The position numbers were made by a program, and so were the translations under genes. Below are positions 11,101 to 23,543 of a stretch of DNA of 64,000 nucleotides, piece by piece (the stretch's first letter is position 1; each line of letters starts with the position of its first letter). The notes below the pieces were generated by a model that saw nothing but the letters and a program-made list of their open reading frames with translations, did not search any database and was not told where the DNA came from. Source of the DNA: Amoebophrya sp. A120 (taxonomy: Eukaryota; Protista; Dinoflagellata); contig CAJINV010000012.1 in assembly GCA_905178155.1 (NCBI GenBank), forward strand, positions 2,519,407 through 2,583,406. The letters run 5' to 3'.

Positions 11101-13129
11101 TTCCTGTAATCATGCCGGCACTGTCATCCTGCCCCGTCCGAGCGGTAATCGACCACGGCTCCTTGCTGTTTTGGAACGAATATCCTGTGCAAAAGAAAAA
11201 GTTTCGTTGTCATGCAATACAAATCTCTTCTTTTACCGAAATCAGCATGAGAAATTCCATTTGTCATACTGACACTGAGCTAATTTGTATTGCAAGGACT
11301 GGTACAGGTACGATACTTCTTGCTTTTGCAATTCATAACGAAGCGGAAATGAAGTCGAAGTTTTCCTCCCCCGCAAAGCCCTCATTCGTCGGCACGAACT
11401 TTTCCAAATTGAACGCTTCACGGTTCAGTTTGTCCCGGGCGTGGTAGCAGTAGTGGGGGTAAAAAAAGTTGGAGTCGCTTTCGACACTTTCGCTCTCCTC
11501 GTCTTCGTTTGATGGTCCATCTCCGCGGTGGGAACTGTCGTCCTCGTCTTCTGGACGAAGATCATCTTCACGACGGGGATCGTTCGACTCTTCGTTCGCA
11601 CCAGACGAGGGTCGCTGTTGCTTGCGAAGATCTTCGTTTGTTCTCTTCTTCGGTATCTTCCTTCTGGCCGTGTACATCGCGCCTTGGTATCAAAGTGAAA
11701 GATCCCCCCTCCCCATATTGAAACGGAAATTTCTGTTGCTGGATTTGTGTACACAAATCAGCCCTGTCTTGCAGTGAGGCACTACAAGCAAAGCCTCAGC
11801 CTGCGTAGGGGTGTTTTGTTGACGGCGCTTAGCATGACAGAGGCCTGCCATGTACGTGCAACAGCATCACAAATCGCCTCCATAAGGCTGCGAATTCTTT
11901 GGATTTGCCTTCTTGCAAGAGAGACAGGATTTGTGGTCACAAATCAGCATCACAAATTTTTCGGAACATACGTTTTCAATATGGGAAGGGGGGATTTTTC
12001 CTCACGGTACTTGGGAAGCTCCTCCTCCACTCCCTCCGCTATCGAACACCACCGCACACAGCGCATCGCGGTCCAGGATGGCCTGCTGGATATGCATGGC
12101 AAAAGGATCTACTTCGCACTCGTACCCATTACAACTTTTATGCAGTAAGACAAACGATGACGATGTCGCTCATACATTCATAGGATGAAAAATCAGCACA
12201 ATTTACAAGCTTCACTTTCCATGCTCAGCAAATTTATTGATGTCATGCAATCGCTCCGAGTAATAAGGTAGGCACAACCAGAACTTTTGCAATGCATACT
12301 GCAAGCGGTTTGACATTTCCAGGTCCAGAATCATCATCATCTCCCGGACGTAGCAGCGAAGCTATCCCATGCAAATATGTCTGGGTCTGGCAGAATGCAA
12401 GTTTGTTATGCTTGTCTCACATGACTCTTGAACCTGTAATGCGTGAGCAGGAAAAGAGCCTCTTGCCTGTCATGCAAAAGTTTGTCATGCGGATAGCGAA
12501 ACACAAAGGAGCCCAGAAACTTGTCATGCGTGGCTGCCTATTCCATTGTCCATCCAATTCACAAAATAGCAACACAAGTTTCCAGACCCGGACGTATTTG
12601 CAATGCATAGAAACATGTCGAAGCTGATGTTTTCCACCGGAAGGAGGTTTATCAGTTTGTCCAAAGCGGACAAGGTGTTCTCCTCCCCGGCGTCAATCTG
12701 GTCCAGAAACTTCTGCGTACAGGTCAAGATGTCCGCACGGTTGATAAAGTTCTGCCGCTGCTGCGCCCGCATCTGGATCCAGAACACGCTGCACTCCTGC
12801 TTCAGGTTGTTCTCGTTCAGCATCACCTTCTATGACAGTGCACAGCTCCCCCTCCCCCTCATTTGCGTTGCATGAACAGCAATGCAAACACACCCACCTG
12901 TGGAGCCTGGGCATGACAAGTTCATGCGCCTAGTGTAGTACTGTTTGGGCTTCCGGCATCTGTCATGCAAACAGTACCACACAGCAGCGCTTGGATTTGG
13001 TATTTTGCATGACAAATGAGGGGGAGGGGGAGTTGTGCACTCTCATACCTTCGCGAATTTTTTCCGATACTCCGCAAGCTTCTCGATGCGGGCATCGGAC
13101 TCCTGCTCCCGAAACAGACAAAGACCCAT
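8199..13129 (-). CDS. Large low-complexity protein with TFIIS N-terminal-like (LW) domain; 6 intact introners plus 1 decayed intron
   Basis: ATG 13129 (MGLCLFREQ); all exons join in frame; LRETKIGVFTQKY...VRALRQRW resembles TFIIS-N/IWS1. The join to 8199-8969 relies on a decayed intron. Confidence 0.7.
8970..9094. other. Putative decayed introner-type intron
   Basis: Flanks GAGTC/GAGTT, left end ATGCATTGC; removal plus 5 nt gives MN-SPLH in frame. Confidence 0.5.
10254..10561. mobile_element. Introner, family C (TIR TATGGAA..GTCAGGATTGAAAT.GTCAAAGTTGA)
   Basis: Direct repeat TCCTG, frame restored (AAG-VSS). Confidence 0.92.
11181..11337. mobile_element. Introner, B-like, diverged
   Basis: Direct repeat ACGAA, frame restored. 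Confidence 0.8.
11688..12009. mobile_element. Introner, family H (TIR core AAAATCCCCCCTCCCCATA)
   Basis: Direct repeat CTTGG; right end GTA; frame restored (SQGAMY). Confidence 0.88.
12091..12298. mobile_element. Introner, B-like, diverged
   Basis: Direct repeat CTGGA/CTGCA, frame restored. Confidence 0.8.
12363..12609. mobile_element. Introner, family A
   Basis: Direct repeat GAAGC/GAAAC, frame restored. Confidence 0.88.
12831..13047. mobile_element. Introner, family D (TIR TATGA.AGTGCACA.CTCCCCCTCCCC)
   Basis: Direct repeat CCTTC, frame restored (FAKVML). Confidence 0.9.
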
Positions 13130-13922
13130 TTTGAAGATCGAATTCGAAAAAATGCAAATGTGACTCTTGATCTTGATGCTGAGCCGAACAAGAAGAGGTT
13201 GAGGTTATTTGAAGTAAGTTGTAGTTGACAAGATGAGCCAACTTCTTGTCGCGGTGGTACGCCGTCCTCCTGGCGTTCAACCTTGTTTCGGAGTTTCTAG
13301 ATTATATACAAGAAGAAGAACTTCGCTTCGTCTTCTACTAGCTGGAAAATGCAACTTGATGTTGAATGCTTTTTTCAAAGAAAATTGTTGCGAGCAGCGC
13401 CCTCACATTCACTGTAGAACTTAGTAGACCTCTATGTGTGCTGCAAGCTTAAGGCGTAGCAAGCACGAGCACCTCACTCAAGGTACTTGACATTACTGGC
13501 GATACTAAAGCTCGCGCGACCCCGACAGCCATGCTCTACGAGAAGTAGATTAAATGGATGAGAGAAGTACTTGTAGTTCATATGAAGGAGCGACGAGCCA
13601 ACTACAGGACCAGTCACTTTTGCTCTCATCACTCTCACGAATGACGAGGCGCCTTCACAACTCTCTAGTGATGCCGTCCACTCTGTTCGGTCGACGTCGG
13701 CCACGCAACGCTCCTCCACCTCTTCGCGCCTCGTTTTATTACCGGCGTATTTTGCCTAAAATCAAGTCACGAATGCTTTGCGCTTGGGAGAAAGACGAGG
13801 AGGTGAGCGAGGAATCATGGAAGAACATCCGTAGTTCAAGTTCATGAGGGAAACGAAAAGTAGTCCTCGCCCGCACTAAAAATCATAAAAGAAAAGAAGG
13901 CCATCTATTTTTGTCAACATCT

Positions 13923-15766
13923 TCACATGTCCACCCCGGGGTTCGCGAAATTTTCGAGCACAGCCGAAACATCCAGGTTGCTTCCGGGAATCCGCTATCA
14001 CATGCAAAAGTGTCTGGGTCTGGAAGAGTGTACACTTGTCATGCAGGTTTTCCAAGACCCATGAGGTCTGGAATGCGGGACCTAGCATGACAGACTCTGT
14101 CTCTGTGAGGTCTCTGTCATGCCTATCCTGCATGAGAAACTCCGTGCCAACGAACCTCGTCAAAAGTGGACACCTTTTGGCACTCATGAAACACAGATTT
14201 TTATTGATGCATGAAGATTCGGATTTAGCATGACAAGTCTGAATCTTCCAGACCCAGACATATTTGCAATCCATATCCGCATGTCCCCAGATTTCAACGC
14301 CTCGATCGTTTCTTCAAACGATGGCTCATTCGGCTCGTTTTTCCGATTCCGCACCGGGTGCTGCTATATCCACAGAAAAAAACCCATCCACGCCCATTTT
14401 TTGCATGACAAGCGCAGAGAGAACTTTATGTATGTTTTGCATGACAAATTGGATTTGAGTGGGTGTAGTTTTTTCCTGGATATGCCACGCGTCCATGATA
14501 TACGCCTTGTCTCTATCAAGCAAAAACGTGTTAACGTTAACGGCTTTGAGGCATTGCAGTCATGCATGACAAATTTTCGCTATCATGCATGCTATGCAAT
14601 ACAAATTTGGGCATCATTTCTCGTGCATTCCTGCATCACAAATTCCGTTAACGTTAACACTTTTTCTTGTGATAATCTCCGTGGACGCACCCTGGCACCA
14701 AAGGCCCCTCCGGGTTCTTCAGGTTTTTACTCGTGCCGAGCTTGGGCAGCAGTTGATGTCCCGAAGATGAGGTGGAGCCAGATTTTCTGCTTTTCTCCAC
14801 ACTAGGGGGCTGAAAACCTCTATCGGGGTGTCAGGATCGAAATCGACAAAATCGAAATAATCTGCAATGCATAAAATGCTACGCAAAAAGCGACTCTATT
14901 GCAGAGGATGCAAGGAAGGCGGATTGTAGTCCTGGTAAGGGTTAAGCGTTGGGCTACTGACTAGCATAACAAAAGCCAGCTCTTTTGCCATAAACCGCAT
15001 GACAGATTCGCTTCCAGGACGGGGGGAATTTGTCATGCGCGGACTACAAACTGAGGGTCTAACTGGCATCGATTTTGTGCATCACAAGTTTTTCGATTTT
15101 GTCAATTTCGATTCTGACACTTCCATAACCTCCGCGGAGGTGGAAGAAATCCCACTTCGAACGCGCTCCCGCCAGGTCGATGGCCCCGCCCGGCACCTTG
15201 TCAACGTCGTCGGCGTTTAGCTGCGGGTTAGCGAAGGCCGGGTCGCGTTCCTTGGCCTGGTCTATCAGCTGGTAAAACTTGGGATCGCCGTCGCGGTAGG
15301 GTTTCGGTTTCGGAACGGCCATCAACTCTCGGAGAAGCTTGTTTAAACCCTTGTCGTCCGGCGGGCCGGCGGGAATCAGGGTTCCAGGTGGGTAGTCCAC
15401 TGCGGTTTTGGGATTGGTGATGTTCACGGGGTAGTAGGGCGCGAGACTGGTGGCACCATCCATCGAGAAGAGAGCCGCGGGGTTGATGTTTATGACCTGC
15501 TCAAGCGTTACAAGAATCTCAAACGTTACAATAGAATCTGGAAATTTGTGATGCAAGAAGTGCATGATCATGATCTAGCCAAGTCTCATAGGACTGCGCA
15601 TGACAAGTTCCGGAGTCCCAAACCACACTACAATGCGCCGAAATTTGTGTTGCAGAAAGTGGAATGGTGTGCGAGTCTGTCATGCTCATTATGCAAGACA
15701 AATTCCAGATGCTATTGTATCGCTTGAGATTGTAACGTTTGTGCAGGTCATAATGTTGGGCGGCAT
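13923..15766 (-). CDS. Hypothetical Pro-rich protein, 5 introners
   Basis: ATG 15766 (MPPNINPAALF); exons join in frame except one apparent 1-nt frameshift near 14750; ends ...FANPGVDM*. Confidence 0.6.
13996..14275. mobile_element. Introner, family A
   Basis: Direct repeat TCCGC; similar to 60491-60752. Confidence 0.9.
14367..14482. mobile_element. Short introner, family K (116 bp)
   Basis: TATCCACAGAAAAAAACCCATCCAC ... GTGGGTGTAGTTTTTTCCTGGATA; direct repeat TGCTA/TGCCA. Confidence 0.8.
14514..14674. mobile_element. Introner, family J (TIR core GTGTTAACGTTAAC)
   Basis: Direct repeat GTCTC/ATCTC; related to 37412-37580. Confidence 0.85.
14821..15127. mobile_element. Introner, family C2 (GTGTCAGGATCGAAATCGACAAAATCGAAA)
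   Basis: Direct repeat ACCTC; related to 53593-53898. Confidence 0.9.
15491..15752. mobile_element. Introner, family L (TIR TATGACCTGC.CAA.CGTTACAA)
   Basis: Direct repeat ATGTT, frame restored (PNI-NP). Confidence 0.9.
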
Positions 15767-16024
15767 TTTCTTATATATTTCTGCTCGACGGGAGCAGGGA
15801 GTAATAGCTGTAACACCAGATGACAAACAAGGAGATTACAAGTGGTGCCCCTAGTGTAACCACCTACTTGCCTTTACATGAGAGACTGTTGAGACTGACT
15901 GAAAAACTGGAGGCACATGCAACGGCAACCACCAACACAACATAAGTTGAAGTACTGGGAAGCAGGCATGATCTGAATATAACAATGAATTACGCGGCTA
16001 GAAGTCGGAACAACCTAGTTGTAA

Positions 16025-19000
16025 ATGAGGAACATTTTTGCAGCTCTCCTCTTCTTATGTGACGATGCTCCACAGACAAGATGGGCGTCCGACGAATCTT
16101 CAGATGAGCTAATATGCACCATATATACAAAGCGACGAAATGCTCCGAGAGCTAAAACTTGTGCTACAGCGATTGATTACCGATCAGCAGGCGGTTAAGT
16201 ACATTCATCCTAACGACAGGTAATTTTCGAAATAACAAACAGCGAGCCTCGAAGATTGCGAAATCGAAAACGATAGCAACGCTACTTATTGCTTGTAGGC
16301 CTGAGAGAAAGCACAAATAAGGGAGAACGAAGCTCCGGGGAGGTTTTGAATTTATTCCGGAGACACTTTGCACTCACGACTGACGAAAGCGATAAACGAC
16401 GACGACGACACATTGATATCCTCAGCTCTAGTAGTTCTTGAACATTCGTCGGGAGACACAACGGCATGGCCATCTTCGAAGGAATTTCAATTTCTTTGAG
16501 CTGCTGCTGCCTATCCAGTTACCTGAACTCCAGGTCGTGCTGAATTTTTCTAGTAACTGCTGCTATCTGAGTTATCATCCTGTACCTGCTGCCTGAACTT
16601 CAGGCTGCACTAAATTATCCTGCTACCGGAGTTCTTTTAGTAGCTGCTGCTTACCCCGAAAGGAATAAAAAACGCAAAAACGGCGCTGCGTTCGTGGTTC
16701 GGTAGTGCGTGGTGCAGTTTTTTCGTGACCGGAAACAAATTGCGGAGAGCCGGGCAGACCTTTTTTGAACGTCGTTCTCCTTTTTCATCGTCGCGTTTTT
16801 TCGCTGCATCGCCCAAGACGAAAACGCTAGTAGTTCTCGATCAAGATCAAAAAAACCCTCCTTCATTCCGCACCACTTCACCGCCGGCTCCTCGCAAGCA
16901 TCTTCACTTTTTTCTTCTTTACAAGAAAACCGTAGGAGCTCCTTGCTACGGCTTGACCGTAGATAAACTTGCAAAGCTCTGCTTTGATGTCGCAGTGCTC
17001 TTTTGGATGTTGTGCGCAAAAAATTCTTCGAAAGAAGATGATCGTAGTACTTACAAGTAAAAGGCACGGCTTTATTTCTCGGGCCTACGCCTCCATGTCC
17101 ATACGTAAAAGTGCGGCAAGGGCAACCCCCCACTCTGGTGGGCCATGAGTTTGAGTCGAAGAAGTCTACATCTACTAGCGCCCTTTGTTCAACCATTTCT
17201 CCGCTGTCTTGATATCTTTCACCGTCATGGCCATATCGCTCCTCAGCTGCTTAAGCACAAGCTGTTCGAACTTAGATTTGCCTTCTGGTAGCGAGGCCTC
17301 GCCCACTATAGATTGAGATTGTCCACCTTTCCTATTGGCTCTGTAGAGAGGTTGTCCACCTTTCCTATTGATTCCGTGCCTGACACGGTTGTAATCGTTC
17401 TGATACTCCTCAGAAGCGTACTGGTCCGCAAAATCGTCGAGGGCTTTTTGGGACCAGCCCACCCGGGTCTCCGTTTTCAGCCCATCGAAGAAACCGAAGC
17501 CGCCGACGAGACCGAAAAAGCGGACGGGGCCGCCAGCCTCAACCCCCGACGCCATAGCTTCGAGGTCCTCTAAATGGCTGGCTGCAAGCGCTTGGGCGTC
17601 TTTCGCTCTTGCGAGACGCTCCAATGTTGCGCGACGCGAACACGCGAAATGCTCCTCAGACATGATATTATGCGCACCCGCAAGGCTCAACTCTTTTTCC
17701 ACCAATTCCGTTAGCTCTCTGAAGACCTGCGCAGGAGTGCGATTCTCTTCCGGGGCGGTGGCCCAGGCAGACTTCAAAGCGTCGCGAAACTCCCCGCCCA
17801 ACAAGCCGTAGGAATTACACAGGAACTGAAACAGCTCGTGGCTCGGGACGAACCGGCGTGGCCCCCGCGCGATTTCCTCGGCCTCGATGGCTTGCGCGTA
17901 TCGTCCGAGGAGCGCCATAATCGCATCGACGCTAATCTCGATCAGTTTGCTTTTGCGGATCGTCCCCGGAAACCCCTCCCAGCCCTCGGACCCGTTCAAA
18001 TTCCGCCAAGCAAAAACAAGGTTGACCACCTTGCGTTGGTGGGCTGGGTCTTTCTCCTTGCCGATGGCCGCAAGCGTGTGCCCAAGGTGCTCTTCCGCTT
18101 GCGTGCGCAGGTGCGCGAGATAGCCCTCGAGTTTAGCTCCCGACAGATTGTACTTCTTCCTAGCCACGGCGGCGTACCGATCCTCGTTCAAGTCCTCCGC
18201 GTTGATTCCCAAAGCCTCGCGGATCTGTCGCATTTGACTTGTTCTGAAGCTCCACTCACCGTCTACTTCAGGAATGCTCGAATGTTCGCCAGGCATCTCC
18301 TCAAGCAAGTACGGGCTTCCAGCGACTAACTGAATCTCCTCAATACCGGGCGGGAGGATAGTGCCCAACTTCTCGTTCCTCATACGACCCTGCAATAAAC
18401 TATCAACTGTTACCGTTTCGCATGTAGACGAGTTGCAGCCGTAAACGATCTTGTCCTTTGCTGGTACTAGCCCCGAAGCCCAGTGGTGCAGCTTTTGTGC
18501 CGCCGTAGAAGCGTCGAGGCTCCTAAGCAAGGTCTTTAGCTTACTTCCGCCAAGCCCAACATATACGCGGATCAGCTGCGGATCTTCAGAATTAGACGTC
18601 GAGCCGGCCGCACGCAACAAGCCGACGCCTTTCACAAAGCCGGGCGCTAAGTACCCGGCTCCCAACACGGCAAGGGCCGAGAACATGACCCCGCCAGGCA
18701 CCTTATTTCTCGTGGTAGCCAACATTTGATTTCCACTGGAACTAGAAGCGCAGACGCCAACGAAAACAAAAACTATCGATGGACTCAGAGTTTGAATTGG
18801 TGTCTTCCGTAGTACTAGTAGTAGTAGCAAGCCAGCGTTGCTTTTTTACAAAAAAATGATTTCGCTCTAGCGCGCCACTGACTTGGCCAGAAGAAAATTT
18901 GCAAGAAAAAGAATACTTAAGTACTCTGTGCGTTCGATCAGAGTCGCTGCCAATCAATGCAACACAATAAAAAAGCAGAACCAGGATGAGAGAGAGACTA

Positions 19001-19663
19001 GTTGTAGAAGGAAGGGCTATACCTATAGCTATTCAATCTGAGGATAATTTTAGGAATAGGATGTCTTATTTCGTTGTCAATCGTTCCTGATGGAGATGTT
19101 GGATTCTGCCTGTTCATCTATACTGATGCTTTGGCGTCCATGCTAGCTTGGTCGGCAGATGGCAAAGCCTTTGAATATACTCCCTCGCGCAGATCTATCG
19201 ACGATCGAGTTTATTTGCGAAGTGGATCCTTTTTCTTGCATGGGGTCCCCATGTGAAGAACTTTTTTGCCGATTTATGTGAAGATGAACTTTTTCATTTT
19301 TACCGATTTCTTCTTTGGTTTATACTATAACGAAAGCACACATTTGAGCCTGAAGATCCTGGATTGAACCGAAGAGCTGGCGCAATATCGGTGAATCGAG
19401 CAAAGATCTTCATTTGACAAACGTTTCAAACTGCTCCTAGTGTAATCAAATCACTTGTGCGAGACCGATTTTAACGAAAACGAAAGAAGCCAACCATCTT
19501 TTCTGATGACAATTGATATGAATTCAATACGCCAACCGCAGTGCTGATATCTGGGACCAAAACTTCCGTCTTTCTGCTTTTTGCCAACAAATGGGAGACA
19601 AACCACTGCAAGAGCAGTCGAATCCTGCTCATGCTCGCCATCAACGCGAGGATCGGGATCGCT
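16025..19663. repeat. Tandem segmental duplication, copy 1 (gene plus both flanks)
   Basis: Collinear with 19823-24497 from ATGAGG...GCAGCTCTCCTCTTC to CGCGAGGATCGGGATCGCT. Confidence 0.9.
17175..18686 (-). CDS. Hypothetical protein, possibly secreted, paralogue 1, intronless
   Basis: 551-aa ORF; probable start MFSALAVLGAG (hydrophobic N-terminus). The downstream ORF 16651-17196 is also conserved in copy 2, so a frameshifted extension is possible. Confidence 0.7.
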   Translation of the reverse strand: MFSALAVLGAGYLAPGFVKGVGLLRAAGSTSNSEDPQLIRVYVGLGGSKLKTLLRSLDASTAAQKLHHWASGLVPAKDKIVYGCNSSTCETVTVDSLLQGRMRNEKLGTILPPGIEEIQLVAGSPYLLEEMPGEHSSIPEVDGEWSFRTSQMRQIREALGINAEDLNEDRYAAVARKKYNLSGAKLEGYLAHLRTQAEEHLGHTLAAIGKEKDPAHQRKVVNLVFAWRNLNGSEGWEGFPGTIRKSKLIEISVDAIMALLGRYAQAIEAEEIARGPRRFVPSHELFQFLCNSYGLLGGEFRDALKSAWATAPEENRTPAQVFRELTELVEKELSLAGAHNIMSEEHFACSRRATLERLARAKDAQALAASHLEDLEAMASGVEAGGPVRFFGLVGGFGFFDGLKTETRVGWSQKALDDFADQYASEEYQNDYNRVRHGINRKGGQPLYRANRKGGQSQSIVGEASLPEGKSKFEQLVLKQLRSDMAMTVKDIKTAEKWLNKGR

Positions 19664-20860
19664 TGAAGCTTTAGCTTTTGCTTATTTTTTCTAGAAAGAC
19701 AAGGCGGACACAGCCTTCTTTGATAGTTCGGAGGAACAAGAGATGAAAAACTATCAGGCGAGCCAGAAACTGTCTATGTGTTCGTGTAACTCTGCGCGCG
19801 GTGTCAAATCAAAACGAAATCCATGAGGAGCATTGCAGCTCTCCTCTTCTGGTGTGACGATACTCCACAGAGAACATGGAGCTGGACATCCAACGAATCT
19901 TCAGATGAGCTTGCTAGTATGCACCAAAAGCGACGACATGAGCCGAGAGCTAAAACTTGCGCTACAGCGATTGATTACCGATCAGCAGGCGGTAGTTACA
20001 TTCATCCTAACCTCAGGTAATTTTCGAAATAGCAAGCGCGCCTCGAAGATTGCGAAAGCGAAAACGATAGCAACACTAGTTATTGCTTTTAGGCCTGAGA
20101 TGAAGCACAAAGGGGAGAAAGAAGCATCGGGGGGTTTTGAATGAACTTATACCGGAGATGCTTTGCACTCACTCACGAAAGCGATAAACAAACTACGACG
20201 ACGACGCATTGATATCCTTAGCTCTAGTAGATCTTGAACATCGCGACACGCAGCGGCATCTTCGAAGGAATTCTATATTTTTTTCGTAACTGCTGCTTAT
20301 CCTGTTGCCTGAACTCCAGGCTGCATTGAATTGTTTTAAGTAGCAAGTGCAGCCCCCTGAGTTATCCTGTACCTGCTGCCTGAACTTCTTCAGGCGCTGA
20401 ATTATCCTGCTAGTACCCGAGGCCGAGTTCTTGGAGTAGCTGCTGCTTAATTATCCCGAAGGAAAAAAACGCAAAAACGCCGCTGCGTTCGTGATTCGGT
20501 AGTGCGCGGTGCTGCTTCTTCGTGACTGGCAACAAATTGCGGAGAGCCGGGCACCACTTTATTTTTGAACGTCGTTCTTCTTTTTCATCGTCGCGCTTTT
20601 TCGCTGGTGCATCGCCCAAGACATAGTAATTCTCGATCAAGATCACAAAAATCCTTCTTGTTCTTCATACATTCGCCACCACTTCATCGCCGGCCCCTCG
20701 CAAACATCACTTTTTTCTTCTTTACAAGCAAACCGTATGAGCTTGCTACGATCTGACCGCAGATAAAAAACCTGCAAAGCTCTGCTTTGGCGCAGTGCTC
20801 TTTCGGTTGTTGTACGCAAATTCATCTTCGAAAGAAGATAACCGACGCAGTGCAAGTTGT

Positions 20861-23543
20861 TTAAAAGGTAGAGGTACGGCTTTCCTCGGGCCTACGCCTC
20901 CAAGGGTAAACGGCGCCTCCCCTGTTCTGACTTATGTGTGACTTTGAGTCGAAAAAGCAGTAAGGAAAGTATGAAAGCCTCAGGTTGGAAATCCTCAAAG
21001 TGGAAATAATAATAATTTGTGATGCAAAAAAACGACTCCAGTTGAAGCGGCATTAGTAGTCGGCGCATGACAAATTTCCCGGGCACTTAAAGCATGTCTG
21101 TCATGCAGGCTAAGGCAAAGGGGTGCCCTTCTGTCGTGCTAAGCAGCATTCCAATTCTTCAACCTTAGCAGGATAATAGTCGGCCTCCATTGCGTCCTCT
21201 GCAATACAGTCTTTTTTGCGTCGCATTCCATGCATCACAAATCATTTCCACTTTGAGGATTTCCATCCTGAGGCTTTCATAGAAAGAAATCGGCGGTGAT
21301 TGGCGTCCATCCTTCACACGGCGAGCAAGATATCCTGAGTAAAAACGTACCCACACCATAGTCAAGTTGGGGAATCGGCTAGACAAGTCCACAAGTTTTG
21401 GCTGTTTTGCATGACAAATTTGGATTCGTAGTGTAGTGCTGTTTGAGCTAGTTCAGCAGCATCACAGATCTAGCATACCATGCCGATTGGAGCATGACAA
21501 ATTGCAAAACACGATAGGAAAATGCTTCTCATGGGGCTCCGCATGAGAAACATTTTCAGCATGCAGATTTGCATTACAACTCTGGTGTGGGTACGTTTTT
21601 ACTCAGGATACAAGAAGTTAAGGGCTCATCCTTCAAACGGCCCTCAGCTGTCTTGATATTTTTCACCGTCGTTGCCAGATCGCTCTTCAGCTTCGCGAGC
21701 ACAAGCTGTCGGAACTTAGACTTGCCTTCTACTAGCACGATCTTACTTCCTCGTCCGCGGCGGTAGAACTGGTCTGCAAAATCGTCGAGGGCTTTTTGGG
21801 GCCAGCCCACCCGGGTCTCCGTTTTCAGCTCGCCAAAGGAATCGAAAAAGCGGACGGGGCCGCCAGCCTCAACCTTCGACGCCATAGCCTCGAGGTCCTG
21901 TAGATGGCTTGCTGCGATCGCTTGGTTAAATTTCACGGTTCGCAGCGTTACGTTCCGGCTACCTTGAACCACCGCACGCATGGTGTGATGGGTATGTGTC
22001 AACTCACGTTCCACCAAATACACCAGATCTTTGAAGACCTGCGCAGGAAGACGATTTTGCTCCGGTAACGGGGCGACCCAGGCAGACTTCAAAGCGTCGC
22101 GAAACTCCCCACCCAGCAAGCCGTAGTACCGGCACAAGAAGCTGTATGGAAGCGTCAGGATTGAAATCGTCAAAGTTGAATTGATTTGTCATGCATAAAG
22201 TGGATGCCAGTCGGAGGCCCAGTTATCAAGCGGCGCATGACAAATTTTCCGAGCACCGGAATACAATTTGTCATGCTGTTTAGGCACAGAAGACTGCTTT
22301 TGTCATGCTACTTTAGCAGCTCTATCTCAAACCCTAAACAGGCTGACGGTCGGCCTCACTTGCCATCCCGGCAAGACAGGCACTTCATGCCTTGCAATTT
22401 CTGCATTACAAGTTATTTCAACTTTGCCGATTTCAAACCTGACACTCCCATAAGCTGAACGCACGTGGGACGAACCGGCGTGGCCGGGCCATTTCGTCGC
22501 TGGTATGGAGTTCTCAAACGTTACATTCTCAACTGTTACATGGATTTGTCATGCAAAACTACCATCATCATCCACAAGATCAAGCTGCTGGGCATGACAA
22601 ATTTGCGAAGGGCTAAACAGCGCCTAAATTTGCGCGGGATTTGTAATGCAACTTTTGCAATCTTCCCCCCTTTGTTTTTGCCATTCTTGCATTACAGATT
22701 CATGTAACAGTTGAGAATGTAACGTTTGAGAACGCCATAGCTGGCTTGCGCATGTTCGACGAGCGCCGTAACCGCACTGACGCTAATCTGGATCAATTTG
22801 CTTTTGTCGATCTCCGGAAACCCCTCCCAGCCCTTGGGCCCGTTCAAATTCCGCCAAGCAAAAATAAGCTTGACCAACTTGCGCTGGTGGTCTAATTTGC
22901 GTCCTGGGTCATCTTTCTCGTCCTCATCCATTTTCTTGACTTCGTCCCCAATGGCCTCTTCCGCTTGCGTGCGCAGGTGCTCGAGATACTTGTCGAGTTT
23001 GGTTTTGTCCGGAGGCCTGTGCTTCTTTCTAGCCGCGGCGGCGTACCGATCCTCGATCAAATCGTCCGCGTTGATTCCCAAAGCCTTGCGGATTGACCCC
23101 ATTGCGTAGCTCCACTCACCGTCAGGAAATTTGGCACCTTCGACAGGCATCTCCTCAAACAAGTCCGGGCTTCCAGCGACTAACTGAATCTCCTCAATAC
23201 CGGACGGGAGGATAGCGCCCAACTCCTTGTTCCTCATACGACCCTGCACTAAACTATCAATTGTTACCGTTTCGCATGTAGAGCTGCAGCCGTAAACGAT
23301 CTTGTCCTTTGCTGGTACCAGCCCCGAAGCCCAGTCGTGCAGCATTTGTGCCGCCGTAGAACCGTCGAGGCTCCTAAGTAAGGTCTTTGGCTCCTTACTT
23401 CCGCCAAGTCCAACACGTACTCGGATCCACTCCTGTGGGTCTTCTGCATTAGACGTCGAGCCGGCCGGGCGCAAGCCGACGCCTTTCACAAAGCCGGGCG
23501 CAAAGTTGTACGCGGCTCCCAACACGGCCAGGGCCGAGAGCAT
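20861..23543 (-). CDS. Hypothetical protein, paralogue 2, 4 introners
   Basis: MLSALAVLGAA...; spliced product aligns with paralogue 1 (RRFVP..FLC..YGLLGGEFRDALKSAW); 3' end uncertain. Confidence 0.65.
20970..21281. mobile_element. Introner, family C variant
   Basis: TATGAAAGCCTCAGG TIR, direct repeat GAAAG. Confidence 0.9.
21331..21610. mobile_element. Introner, family G
   Basis: TIR TATCCTGAGTAAAAACGTACCCACACCA, direct repeat CAAGA. Confidence 0.92.
22145..22452. mobile_element. Introner, family C
   Basis: Direct repeat AGCTG; very similar to 10254-10561; absent from paralogue 1. Confidence 0.92.
22504..22739. mobile_element. Introner, family I (TIR TATGG.GTTCTCAAACGTTACATTCTCAACTGTTACATG)
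   Basis: Direct repeat GCTGG; absent from paralogue 1. Confidence 0.92.

Noticed and set aside
17175-18830. Candidate autonomous transposase for the introners
   Set aside because: No recognisable DDE or other transposase motif, not flanked by the TIRs, and it has a signal-peptide-like N-terminus.
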